Shown here: positions 48,487 through 59,900 of the stretch, piece by piece | Layout of the letters: each line of letters starts with the position of its first letter | Position numbering within the stretch: position 1 is the first letter of the stretch | Assembly: GCA_963716475.1 (NCBI GenBank) | Contig: OY970314.1 | Span: 787,865-851,864 of the forward strand | From: Candidatus Woesebacteria bacterium | Lineage (GTDB): Bacteria; Patescibacteriota; Microgenomatia; UBA8517 | DNA: 64,000 nt | Direction: 5' to 3' | Program-made: the position numbers and the translations under genes | The notes under the pieces: model-generated | Seen by the model: the letters and a program-made list of their open reading frames with translations, nothing else | The model's database searches: none | What the model was told of the DNA's origin: nothing

Positions 48487-49320
48487 TCATGTTTCCGGAC
48501 GTGATCTTATCAAATTTAACCTCTTAATAAAAGGAGTCAAACTCCCCCATCCTGACATGCTTACCTGCTGCCATACGTTAACTACCGAAAAAACCAACCA
48601 GTAAAGTGCAAGCCCTGATTGAAATGTCAAACCAAAATAAAGGGTCATAAGCGGCAACATATAAGTCATTGAGCTCTGCATGGCAACTTGCATGTCGTCG
48701 GTCTGGGACTTGGTTTTTTTGGCAATTTTTTGCTCTTCCGAAATATATGGTGCCATTATCTTAACGGATAGAAACTGTGCAATCGCTGCCAAGATGACAA
48801 AAATCCCAGGAATTATGTCAGGTAACCCCGGTATCAACTTGTTTAACTTGTCCGGCTGGTTGATATCCATGTACAAAAATTTTGTATTTATTGTTTGGCC
48901 TTGCGAAAATTGTAGAGGAGCATAGAGTCGCTTATTAAGATTGGCTGTCACGTCTCCACTCCTGGCAAGAGCGGTGTTAAAAACGTTGAAAAGCGCTATC
49001 AATATTACAAATTGCAAAATATACGGAAGGCATCCTGCGGTTGGATTAATTTTGTTCTGCTTGTAAAGCTCTGCCTGTGCTTGAGACATTTTAAGTTTAT
49101 CTGTACCGAATTTTTTCCTAAGTTTTGCCAACTGAGGTTCCATCTCTTTTATTCTTTTCATTGATTGCATATAAGGTTTTGTCAGGGGTCGAAGGAGAAA
49201 GACGAGGACAAGACTAAAAACCAGTATCGCAATACCCAAATTTTGTCCCAAAACTTTATAAAAAAGAATAAGGCCGTTAGTTAGCGGTTGGACAAGAATG
49301 ATTGTAAAAATATTTCCCAT
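48487..49320 (-). CDS. yidC: Membrane protein insertase YidC
   Basis: PL...QSM, ELYK..KINP.AGCLP, GLALYW. Confidence 0.93.
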   Translation of the reverse strand: MGNIFTIILVQPLTNGLILFYKVLGQNLGIAILVFSLVLVFLLRPLTKPYMQSMKRIKEMEPQLAKLRKKFGTDKLKMSQAQAELYKQNKINPTAGCLPYILQFVILIALFNVFNTALARSGDVTANLNKRLYAPLQFSQGQTINTKFLYMDINQPDKLNKLIPGLPDIIPGIFVILAAIAQFLSVKIMAPYISEEQKIAKKTKSQTDDMQVAMQSSMTYMLPLMTLYFGLTFQSGLALYWLVFSVVNVWQQVSMSGWGSLTPFIKRLNLIRSRPET

Positions 49321-49325
49321 GCTAT

Positions 49326-49562
49326 TTAATGACTACTTAATTCTGGTACGGGATCCCAGCCGGACCCTCCCCAAGGATGACACCTCGCAAATCTTTTAAT
49401 TCCCACAGCCAATCCTCTCTTGGTTCCAAATCTTTCCAGGGCGGTAATTGTATACTCGCTGCACGTTGGTGTAAACCTGCAGGCCTTCCCAAAAACCATC
49501 TCTAGAACCGGCGAAATAATGTTTTTGTAAAATTTGAGTATTTTAATAATAAGTATATTCAT
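49326..49562 (-). CDS. yidD: Membrane protein insertion efficiency factor YidD
   Basis: [24 protein letters not shown]. Confidence 0.95.
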   Translation of the reverse strand: MNILIIKILKFYKNIISPVLEMVFGKACRFTPTCSEYTITALERFGTKRGLAVGIKRFARCHPWGGSGWDPVPELSSH

Positions 49563-49903
49563 TTTGACAAACCGCTTTCTTTAAGGGAAATGCGGACCTC
49601 CTTCATAATCTCAGATGTAGAAACTCTGGCAATGGACGTTTTGGCCAAAAATATAACGTCAAAACCACTGCTTAAGTCAATGCTGGCGATCCTTACCGCC
49701 TCGCTCATGGCTCTCTTAAATCTGTTCCGATCTACCGCGTCTTTGGCAATTTTTGTGGAAACTATAAAACCAAAACGGCTTGGGTCAGTATCCCCTCTCC
49801 TTATATATGCAATTCCAAAATTTGCGGACTGGTAAACCGTCCCCTCTTTTTGAATCTTGGCAAAACTCTTCGCTCCTGTAAGCCTAAATTTTTTGGCAAG
49901 CAT
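49559..49903 (-). CDS. rnpA: Ribonuclease P protein component
   Basis: [18 protein letters not shown] (RNR motif). Confidence 0.95.
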   Translation of the reverse strand: MLAKKFRLTGAKSFAKIQKEGTVYQSANFGIAYIRRGDTDPSRFGFIVSTKIAKDAVDRNRFKRAMSEAVRIASIDLSSGFDVIFLAKTSIARVSTSEIMKEVRISLKESGLSK

Positions 49904-49911
49904 TTTGGAGT

Positions 49912-50055
49912 TTACGAGACCGCAAGGTGTTTCCTTCCTTTAAGTCTTCTTCTTTTTAATACCTGTCTGCCTTTTTTTGATTCCATCCTGGTTCTAAAAC
50001 CGTGTACTTTAATTCTTTTGGTTTTACTTGGTTGGTAAGTCCTTTTCGTCGACAT
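49912..50055 (-). CDS. rpmH: 50S ribosomal protein L34 (not in ORF track)
   Basis: Manual translation [47 protein letters not shown]. Confidence 0.96.
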   Translation of the reverse strand: MSTKRTYQPSKTKRIKVHGFRTRMESKKGRQVLKRRRLKGRKHLAVS

Positions 50056-50122
50056 GTGAGCATTATATCAACTAAACGGTTAATTAATCAACCTTTTAAC
50101 TGCCAATTGGCCCTTGACGAAT

Positions 50123-50131
50123 TGTGGATAA
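50123..50131 (-). promoter_or_regulatory. DnaA box upstream of dnaA
   Basis: TGTGGATAA, the reverse complement of consensus TTATCCACA. Confidence 0.85.
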
Positions 50132-50155
50132 CTTTGTAAACAGTACTTTCAAGAT

Positions 50156-51517
50156 ATGGATAATGGTCAAGTCTGGAAAGATTCACTGGAAATAATAAAG
50201 GTCTCCGTTTCCCCGGCAATTTTTTCCACATGGTTTTCACAAAGCCACCTTTCCTCTATCGAGGCTGTGGGCGAGAGGGTTGTTGCCGAAGTCGGGTGTC
50301 CCACATCTTTTGCAAAAAACACAATCGAATCGAGATACTTTGGGCTGGTTCAAGACTCTTTAAGTAAGGTTGTAGGCAAAAACTGCGATTTGACGTTCAT
50401 TGTTAAAACCAACCCAAATAAACAAAAATTACCCGAGGAGACGGCGGCTCCTCTATTTTCGGTAGAAAAAGAGGGAAACGATTTGCTTGAAGTATTACAA
50501 AGAGCCCGTCTTAGACCCAGTTTTACATTCGAGAATTTTGCCGTTTCTTCGTCTAACCAAATGGCCCACGCAGCTGCCGAGGCCGTATCACAAAGCCTGG
50601 GAAGTGCTTATAACCCCTTATTCATCTGGGGTGGGGTGGGAGTTGGGAAAACCCACCTTATGGCCTCTGTCGGAAATTATATTCTAAGGGTTAACCCGGA
50701 TAAAAAAGTTATTTTTTGCACAGGCGAGGATTTCACTAACGACATTGTCGAGGGAATCAGAAACAAAACCACCCAGGCTTTCAGAAATAAATACAGAAAG
50801 CTGGATTTACTTCTAATCGATGATATTCAATTCATTGCAGGCAAGGATACTGTACAGGAGGAGTTCTTCCATACCTTTAATGCTGTCACCTCCGTCGGCG
50901 GGCAAATTATTTTAACTTCGGATCGACCACCCTCAGAAATATCCAAACTTGAAGAAAGGCTTAGAAGCAGGTTTGAGGCGGGCTTAATCGTAGATATTGC
51001 CCCGCCTGATTTCGAACTTAGGTGTGCAATAACTCAAATAAAGGCTCGGGAAAAGGGAATCGCCCTGACTCCGGAACAAGCCCAAATGATAGCCGCCAAC
51101 TCCGAATCGGCCAGAAAAATTGAAGGCCTGCTTACCAAGCTCCTGACCGAGATCCATGTTAAAAAGGTCCCGATTACAAACGAGCTTATTGAATCGTCTT
51201 TTGCAAAAAATCTGGAAATGGGGAGCAAAATTACAAGAAGCACTCCTGATGAGGTGACAGAGGTTGTTTCCAAGTATTACCAGGTAGGCAAAAGACTTCT
51301 TATGGGGGACAGCCGGGCCCGTCCGATTGCGCGTCCCAGACAGGTTCTAATGTATTTACTTCGAACACACCTTGGTGTGCCGTTGGAAGAAGTCGGAAGG
51401 GTCGTTGGGGGAAGGGACCACACCACCGTCATGCATGCTGTGGAGAAAATCACCCAGCTGGCCACCAACGATGTGCAGATCCGTGAGGATATCTTAAAAC
51501 TAAAACAAAGCATTTGA
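50156..51517 (+). CDS. dnaA: Chromosomal replication initiator DnaA
   Basis: FENFAV..SN, YNPLFIWGGVGVGKTHL, LLIDDIQF, RLRSRF, GGRDHTTVMHA. Confidence 0.98.
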   Translation: MDNGQVWKDSLEIIKVSVSPAIFSTWFSQSHLSSIEAVGERVVAEVGCPTSFAKNTIESRYFGLVQDSLSKVVGKNCDLTFIVKTNPNKQKLPEETAAPLFSVEKEGNDLLEVLQRARLRPSFTFENFAVSSSNQMAHAAAEAVSQSLGSAYNPLFIWGGVGVGKTHLMASVGNYILRVNPDKKVIFCTGEDFTNDIVEGIRNKTTQAFRNKYRKLDLLLIDDIQFIAGKDTVQEEFFHTFNAVTSVGGQIILTSDRPPSEISKLEERLRSRFEAGLIVDIAPPDFELRCAITQIKAREKGIALTPEQAQMIAANSESARKIEGLLTKLLTEIHVKKVPITNELIESSFAKNLEMGSKITRSTPDEVTEVVSKYYQVGKRLLMGDSRARPIARPRQVLMYLLRTHLGVPLEEVGRVVGGRDHTTVMHAVEKITQLATNDVQIREDILKLKQSI

Positions 51518-51785
51518 GGATAACTATTTACGTATATAGAGTTATGAACAATGGGTTTACTTTTATCCACAAATCTATCAACATTCTGCCAGGCTTGTTA
51601 TTAACACGAAATTGTCCCGAAAGATGTATTTAAAAAATGATAATTCTCAACTTATCAACACCACCTACTACTAGAACTACTAGTTAATATATGATAAACA
51701 CAGTTTGTCACAAACTTCGTTTTGTGATAAATAACAAGATATTCACAGGGACAGTGAAACGAAAATGTAAAGATAAAATCATCCT
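51515..51785. other. Replication origin oriC
   Basis: dnaA-dnaN intergenic region; TTATCCACA 51563-51571; near-boxes at 51515, 51575, 51598, 51652, 51740; DnaA-trio-like TACTACTAGAACTACTA and AT-rich tract after box 51652. Confidence 0.88.
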
Positions 51786-52910
51786 ATGAAACTACAAATC
51801 CTTCAGGAAAATCTGGAAAAAGCTGTCAGTACGACATCCCGTTTTGCCAGTACTAGAGCCCAACTTCCTGTTTTAGGAAACATTCTTCTTTCTACCAAAA
51901 AAACTAAAATTTATATTTCCTCAACAAACTTGGAAATTTCTGCTTCAGTCCAGGTAGGAGCAAAAATCGAAGAAGAAGGGGAAATAAGTATTCCGGCCAA
52001 GGTAATCTCCGAACTGGTCGCCAATTTACCCAAAGAAACAGTAAGCCTGGTATCAGAAAAGGAGCAGTTAAAAGTGTCTGTGTCAGGTTTTTCCTCAACT
52101 GTTTTGGGAATGAACTCTTCCGACTTCCCCAAAATACCAAATAGTGTAGATAAAGAAAAATCGATAAGTTTTCCACAAAGCGAATTGGTAAAAGCTCTTG
52201 GACAGGTCATATTTGCGACTTCTACAGACGAGACAAGACCCGTTTTAACAGGGGTACTCTTCTTGTTTGGAAAAAATTCACTATCACTGGTCGCAACGGA
52301 CGGATTTAGGTTGTCCAGGAAGACGCTTCCTTTGAAGGTAGGTAAGGGGGCGGATGACAGTGTGGTTATACCGAAGGGTGTTCTTAGTGAAATTTCAAGA
52401 ACAGAAGCGGAGGATGGTGAAATACTTTTCGGTGTGCAGGACAAAGAAAAGCAGGTACTTTTTGGGATAGGGGATACAGTACTAACTTCCCGTCTTTTGG
52501 AAGGAGAATACCCGGATTTTGAGAAAATAATTCCAAAAAGCTCGTCAATAAAAGTACTTTTGGATAAGGAAGAACTTATGAGGGCGGTAAAACTGGCATC
52601 TATCTTTGCCAGGGAATCCGCAAATATAGTAAAAATTAAGGTTTTGAAGGAATCGATCAAAGTTTCCGCCGAGAGCGGAACTGCGGGTAGCCAGGAAACC
52701 AGGGTAGATGCAAAAGTAACCACTGAAGGCCCCGATCTTGCCGAATGGGAAATAGCTTTTAACTACCGTTTTGTGGAGGAATTTTTACACTCGGTCGGCG
52801 GAGAAGAAGTAAAAATGGAATTCTCCGGCGTTTCCGCTCCGGGAGTTTTTACGGATACATCCGACACATCATATCTTCACCTGATAATGCCGGTTAAAGT
52901 TCAAACTTAA
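51786..52910 (+). CDS. dnaN: DNA polymerase III beta sliding clamp
   Basis: STNLE, RPVLTG, VATDGFRL, RLLEGEYPDF, LIMPV. Confidence 0.97.
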   Translation: MKLQILQENLEKAVSTTSRFASTRAQLPVLGNILLSTKKTKIYISSTNLEISASVQVGAKIEEEGEISIPAKVISELVANLPKETVSLVSEKEQLKVSVSGFSSTVLGMNSSDFPKIPNSVDKEKSISFPQSELVKALGQVIFATSTDETRPVLTGVLFLFGKNSLSLVATDGFRLSRKTLPLKVGKGADDSVVIPKGVLSEISRTEAEDGEILFGVQDKEKQVLFGIGDTVLTSRLLEGEYPDFEKIIPKSSSIKVLLDKEELMRAVKLASIFARESANIVKIKVLKESIKVSAESGTAGSQETRVDAKVTTEGPDLAEWEIAFNYRFVEEFLHSVGGEEVKMEFSGVSAPGVFTDTSDTSYLHLIMPVKVQT

Positions 52911-53905
52911 AGACCTTCTAGGGCCGGTAAATAAAGTATCACTTGGACATCACCCACACCTAAGAGTGTTGCTGTCCCTGTTAGCTTATATACAGGTTGG
53001 AGACTTGTTGACGAAGTTGTGTCAAGTAGGTATGCAATATCTATTTGATCTATAACAATTTCCTTTACAAAATCCGAGGGTAAATCCTTCATAGGGGTTT
53101 CTACTCCGTCAAGACTGATTAAAACAGAGTTTCCGATAGAATCACCGATTTCTTTATAAGTCTTAATTGCATATTCAGTAGGCCCTTTTTGCGCATCATC
53201 AAAAACAACCAGTTGGAGCGAATAAACGTTCCCGCCTTTTGTTAGTTGTATGTAGTTGGTACTTTCAGTTGAAGTGGGTGAGATAATCTCGTATTCGGAC
53301 GATTTGGGTAAAATGTCTATTTGATATAACGAAAAATCGTCCCTGGTTGATTTTTTGAAACCTTCGCGTAAACCACCGTCTTTGAGGAATTGTACGTTTC
53401 CTAAAGAAAAGGCATTCGTATTTAAAATACCGGCATCTGTCAGGAATTTGCTGGCAGTGGCCTTAACAGCATCTTCCGATAGCTGCTTGTCGGTAACGAG
53501 GAAAGATTCTCCTGAGCTATAACGGATGCTCGACGTGTTTGTGTATGCAAAAAGGGTTGAGTTGTCGTTTTTCCAAAAATACGTCAGACCTTCTTGGGTG
53601 TCGTTTATTGTCGTAGGGAGACCTGTAAAGCCTATAAAGGAAGCAATATTATTGAGATAGTCTTCCGTAATGACTCTTTTTGTAATATTTAAAAAGGGAA
53701 GCCGGGCGACATATTTAAATTGGTTTTCCTTTATGTTTAAAGATATCGATAAAGCGCCATTGTAAGTTTGAACAAGATTTGGTTTATGGGGAACAAGGCC
53801 GGCATTTTTATTTGGAGTCCCTTTTAGATAAAGATATACGATCCAGACAATACTTATCAGGGATACGACAACCAAGGCTATTTTGATCAATTTCTTCACA
53901 TTCAT
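52907..53905 (-). CDS. Single-pass membrane-anchored hypothetical protein at the end of the T4SS-like operon
   Basis: N-terminal TM then extracellular domain ending LQPVYKLTG..LYLPAL; alternative GTG start at 53899. Confidence 0.7.
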   Translation of the reverse strand: MNVKKLIKIALVVVSLISIVWIVYLYLKGTPNKNAGLVPHKPNLVQTYNGALSISLNIKENQFKYVARLPFLNITKRVITEDYLNNIASFIGFTGLPTTINDTQEGLTYFWKNDNSTLFAYTNTSSIRYSSGESFLVTDKQLSEDAVKATASKFLTDAGILNTNAFSLGNVQFLKDGGLREGFKKSTRDDFSLYQIDILPKSSEYEIISPTSTESTNYIQLTKGGNVYSLQLVVFDDAQKGPTEYAIKTYKEIGDSIGNSVLISLDGVETPMKDLPSDFVKEIVIDQIDIAYLLDTTSSTSLQPVYKLTGTATLLGVGDVQVILYLPALEGL

Positions 53906-53914
53906 ATTATATGT

Positions 53915-56900
53915 TTAATTACAAGTTGCCGTACTTGTACAGCCAAGCGGAACATTTCTTTTAAGATAAGGTTTTTGAGTTGTGGGAATAGGCCCCGTGT
54001 CAAAGAATTGGAAGTGTAAATGAGGACCACTGGTACAGCTACCTGTGTTGTCACTGATTCCGAGAGGTTGGCCAATTGTTACTCTTTGACCGTTGCCAAC
54101 CATAACAGAACCCAAATGTCCGTAATATGAACTAAACGACGATCCGCCGCAGGACGAAGCCACACGAACCCACCTTCCCCCACAGGCGCTTTCCCCGGTG
54201 CTTATGGTTCCGCTATGCATGGCAATGATGGTTGCACCATTTACGCCAATGTCGATTGCATTTGGGGTGTTGTAATGTGTCCACCCCAGGGGTGTCATGG
54301 ACCCTTGGGTAATAAGATTTATGCCTGCGTCGTTGGCAAGAGGCCAGGCATTATTTGGGCATTCCATTGGCGGGGCGCCAATTATTATTGAGGCAGATCC
54401 TGCCGAAACCACACCCTTTTGGTCCGTCGTGTCTGCAGTAACAGTAAACGTGTTTACCGTTGCAGAATTGTCATAGTTGTGAGAGGTAAAACTTCGTGTG
54501 TAAGTGAAGCTAAAAGGTTTGGTCGGCGAAATCGAAACAGGCGCCGCAGGTGTCCCTTGAGAAGGGCTTGGGCAAGAGGGAGGTGTCCCTGTTTTGATAA
54601 CTTTGCATTCATCTTTAAAGGAAACATTGGTTAATACGCCTTTTTTAGCAGAAACAGTAATTGTATAGGTAATCTTGGTTTTTGTGGGAATGTCGGAGTT
54701 ATTGAAAGGGCCTGCGGGATTGGCAGTTTTTTCAACACTGATATAAGGGTTACTTAAAGCGGCAAGATAACCGGTTGGGGTTGACGGAGGAACGACATAG
54801 GCGCCGGAGTTAATAATAAAAAGAATCAGGGCAACCAGAACGGGGATGACGAGAAGGGCTATTAATATAGGCATAACAGCGGCTGTCAAAAAGGTCCTCC
54901 CTACGGCGCGAAAAAATACCGCAATTCCACTTCCAACTCCGGCCATTGTTACTCCGGCCGTGGAAGCGACACCAACGCCGACCACCGTGATCCCACCCAA
55001 AATAAGACCCGTACTACCGATGACCAAGCCACCAACCAGCATAGGCGCCCCAATAATGGCGCTTCCAATTGCCATGCCGTTTTCTTTTACCTTTTTCCAG
55101 TTGATCTTTTCAATAATTTTTCCTACCACCCAACCCAATGCCAAGGCAATCGCATTCCCGATAATCGGTATCCATGACCCTAGAGTCTGAAGAGCTGTGT
55201 TGAGAGCAACCATCGTGCCCTTGCCCACCACTGATACAGCGGCTTTTGTTGCCGCAGATGCAGCAGCCTTTCCCACTACTGGTGTTAGTAATTTTGTTAC
55301 CGCCTCGGTTTCAATTCCCGTTGCGAGACCTTCCGCGGCGACAATCCCGGTAGCACCCTCGGCCAATAAGGTTCCTCCCTCGACAACGGCTGCTTCTTCG
55401 ACCAACGCAGTGCCCTCAGTTACTAAAAGAGACGCTTCGGCAATTTCGGCAGGGGCAGCTGCACCGATCAGATCAATTCCCAAAACGTCGCCGAGACCTT
55501 CGAGAAAATTCGAACCACCCGGAATTTTTTGAATAAGACCCCCGAGCGGGCTTTCACCAATTGGCGTGGTCTTACTAAATCCCGCAGACGATAAGACTTG
55601 TTGTCCCAGCTCACTGTTGTAAAATTTGGAAATGGCGCTGTCTGCAGGCAGGTTGGCTATTTTAGAATCAAGAAAGTCTCTGGCACGACCCGTTAGTAAA
55701 CTTTTAGCCTTATCGCTAGCAAAAGAGCCAATATTGTCCAGAACATCTGACTGTGATTCCAGAAGATTAGTGTAGCCTTCATTAAGTTGCCCGAGGTCTA
55801 TTTCGTGTGTGTATCCTTCGTTCGGTTGACCTAAAAAGGAAACTTTTAAATTTTCGGGACCCGTACCAAAAACAGAAACTGCAAGATTTTCGTCTATTGA
55901 AGAGAGAATGTTCTTACTAAGTTGGGCGCTATTCTTAAAATGACCCAGATCCGCGGAGGCCTTTTTTAGAAGTTCGGCAGTGTTTGTTTCGGCGACCAAC
56001 TTTGGCAGAATCTTTGAATCCTCGGCTAAAGCACCCAGAATAGCGGATTGAGTGTTTGCGGATGATTGGGCGGGGAAATTATTAATTGCAGAAACCGTAT
56101 CAAATGCCGTTTTTTTGACTATAAAATCAATTTGTTCCGGGGTAAGTTTCTTTGAAAGCTCCGGGGTTATTTTTGCTTTTATACTTTCTGCCAAATCTTT
56201 TTCAAAGGATGCGGGATAATTTTTCGCTTCTTCTATAAACTTGATCGTACTTTCACTTGGTGGAGGAGCCTCTTTTGAAATTTCCACCCGGGCGTAAATC
56301 TTTTTACCCGTTAAAGGTTCCTGGATATCTTTTTGTCTACTAATAGCTTCTTCCAACTTTTCTTTTGCCCCCTCGCTTATGGTTGGTTGTTCCGGAATTA
56401 CCATTTTTTCTTCTGGTAGCTCAGCCGTAGGTCCCGCCTGTCGGGTAAAAAGAAGCGGTACGGATGTTATTGATTCAGAGGTAGGAGATGTTTCTATCGG
56501 TTGGCCTGAAAGTGAGACGTATGGGGTTAGTGTTGGAGCAGCAACCGCAACTGCGACAGCCGACGGTTCCACATTTAGTACCACAGGCTTAACTTCAGGG
56601 AGAACAACCTTGTCTAAAAGAACAGAGGTTTGCTTTGCAGATTCGCTCATTTTCCCGGGATAGTTAGCAGGCATAGACATCTTGGGCAGAACGGAAGGAG
56701 GTTCAATTTGACCGATTTCTACTTGTGAAGTAATAGTTGTGACACTGTTGCCAAAACTGTGAACATCGCTAATGTTGATTGCAGGTAAACTTTGATTCTC
56801 CTGATTCTCGGCTATTTTAAATTGGGTTGCCTCCTCGGGGCCGTAAGCAGCCACAACCACGTTTTCCGGTAGAAAAGTCTTCAAGAGAGCGGTGTTTGTT

Positions 56901-59900
56901 TGGTACTGTGTATTTGCGACGTCTGCGGCTGTTTTTGCAGCAGAAGCAAACTTCACCCTTTCTTCTGTGTCAGGAATGATGTTCTTAAGACCGGGATCGC
57001 GTGCGTCTGCTACAGCACTAAAATAAGCAACGGGATTAATGGGTGAGGCAATCTCTTTGGGAAGATCTTCTACGGTATTTATATTCTTACCTGCATCAAC
57101 CATACGCAAGGTGAAGTCTTGCGCTGTTTTTCCAATTACGGCCGGGGTTATAGATGCCTGTAGTGGTGGGTTTTTGGCAACAGCCGAACTGATATTTTCC
57201 TCAACGATTTTTTCGAAGGCGGGAGGGTCGTTTTTGGCGGCCTTCACAACATTAAAGAAGGCCGTTCGATCCTTGTTGCTTTGGAGAGGAATTGTTACTG
57301 TTTCAGTAGCAGGCTCAATTCTTATTTCCTTGACCGCAGTTGATGTTGTTTTTGGGGGGGTGGCAACCGCGACGGTTCCTCCGAAAAGCTCTTCCGGGAG
57401 AGAAACCTTTTCCTTGTTTATTGGGGATGGTTGGGAGGTGGTCTGGGAAGCTCCGAATTCGTCTGAAACAGGCATTTCTGATACGGAAAAAGGTGTTTCG
57501 GGAGCAGTGGTTTGTAGTATTGTGGCATGGGCGACGGGTGTTTCAGTTGTGGACAGCTCCGGCGCCAAGTTCTTTGCTTGAGTTAGGGGTTCTTCAATGG
57601 GGGCATTTTTAACACCAAAAAACGCCCTTATTCGGTCATTAATTTTTAGTTTGGTTGACGGAACCGTCGGAGTGGTGGAGACATTGATCTGAGAAACACT
57701 GGTGGGAGTTCCTACTTCGGGGGAATGCTCAGCCTCGTTAACGGGTAGCTGGGAATATGATGGTGGAAAGCCCGTTTCTTCGGTGGTAGGTAAGGGTTTG
57801 GGATTTGAAGCGGCATTCTTGTTTACAGGTATCAGGGCCGGGATTGGGGTAACAACAGGCTCCTCTGAAATGGGTGATGGTGTTTCGGAAGTGGGGGTGG
57901 TCTCCGAAGGAGTTTGACTTACTGTCGCCTGAGCAAATTGAACAGGAGGAGCAAAAACGGTCGGTGGAAACGGCGTCTGACTTGGCTCTGGAATTTGAGG
58001 AGTTTTCCCCAAGCCTTTAACAACACTATCCGTGGGCTTAACCTCTTGTGTTTGTACTACCACTGTTGGAATCACCGGTGGTATAAGCGTTACGGATGGT
58101 TCTTCGAAAACCGGTTGTGGGGACTCTTCCGTCACGGGAACGAAAGGCGGGTTCTCCGTTATTGTGGGTTGTGGTGTGCCTGGTGTAACCTGTGTTAGGT
58201 AAGGCGGTGGCGTGTATGTTACGGGTTGTGTTATGCCGGCTGCGCCTACCGAACCGGGTACACTTGTTGTTTCTTCATACGGTATCGGAGGGGTGGTATA
58301 TATCGCGGTTTCCTCTTCCGGGATCGGTTGTAACGGTTGTGGGGATTCCTCCTCTGTCCTTGCAATATGTCCAACGGCCTTTTCTCGTGAGGGCTCCCTG
58401 GTGCTGGATTCCTCTTTGGCTAGACCTTCGTTTTCCACCGGTGCCGGTTTTTTCTCAGGAGCTTTTTCAAATGTTTTTCTGATCCCTTCAAAGAAATTTT
58501 TCGGTGGGGCCTCGTCTGTAGTTTGTCTTGATTCGCCAGGTGTCCCTTTGGCCTTAGGAATTGTTCCATATACCATGGGTTGTTCTTCAGGAACGGGTTG
58601 TGATGCAGCGGATGTACCCAGAATTGACACATCTTGGGTTGGTTGAGTGGGCCGGTTAGACTGAATTGGCTGAATAGTCGGAATATACGCTACGGGTTTT
58701 TCCTCCTGGATTGGTTGCACCCCCTCTTCTCCTGCCGCCTCCTCCGTCTTTTTTGGTTTAGCTACTTTTATGGGTTGAGAGGTGTTTGGAGTATTTTGTG
58801 TGTTTGACGGTTGTTGATACCATGCCGATTGAACCTGTTGAGTGGGTTGAATCGGAATGTTTGCTGTACCCGGATTTTTTTGTATCTCTTCCGGCGCTCC
58901 CTGCGGAACAGACTGAGCCGGGTTATCGTTCTCTTTGGGAGCGGCCTTCCCGATAATGGCCGCTTGAAACGTTTTTGTTAGATTTTGAAAAGCCTGTTGG
59001 GGTGAAAACCTTCCCTTTGGTTTTGGTACACTTGGTAATTTTGACTCACCTGTTGCCTGCGTGAATGTTTGTGGCTGTTTTTCAAAAACATCCTGTGCAA
59101 GGAACGGCTCCCTGCTCAATTCGGGAGATTCTTGGATCTCCTCTTCTGTCGCTTGCGCTTCTTCTTGCCGGATTTTTTTCTGAAGATCGGCCTTACCGGT
59201 AAGCTCCTCCTGTCTACGGATTGCTGTTTTAATAGCATTTCCCAAAGCGTCGGATACTGTTTGTGTAGAGAATAGCTTTTTTGATTCCGACTTACTTGGG
59301 TTTACTGGTGAACGCATATCTTGCCTGTTTATTTCCGGTTGTTTTAATATGACACCGGGTGTCACAACGACCTCTGATGGGTGTGCGGACGGAATATGTT
59401 GTTTGAATTCTGGAGGTTTTAAAATAGCCTTTGCCTTTTGTACCTGCGGGGTCGCTTGCGGGGTAGGTTGTTTAACGGTCGTTTCCTTACCTTTTTCTGG
59501 AGCATTCTCGGCAGCTTTGACTTTTGAAGCTTCCGCCAGTGCCTGTTTTTTTTCTATTGAAGCCTGAACCTTTGCTTGGGCTTGCAGTTTTGTTTGTTTT
59601 ATCTTGCCTGTTCTTAAATTTTCCTCCGCCTGTAGTTGTGCCAGTTGATCCGGAGTTAAGGTGGTTGGGTGTACGGGGTATTCCGGCGCGCTTGTAACTG
59701 TCCGATATAAGATATTACTGGCAGACCTGATGTCGCTTGTTTTGGTTAGGTCTGTTATATAAACAAAGAAATCTTTATTGCTTGGCCAGTGGTATTTCCC
59801 GTCGATTGTCGTGAAAGATTCGTCGAGGCTCCTGTTTTCTCCTTCACCGAACAAATCGGACTTGAAAACTTGTTCGGTTCCATGAATAAGACCTTGAAGA

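Noticed and set aside
51911-52723. 270-aa minus-strand ORF
   Set aside because: Antisense shadow of dnaN.
54419-59567. Many plus-strand ORFs inside the giant gene
   Set aside because: Antisense shadows of low-complexity coding sequence.
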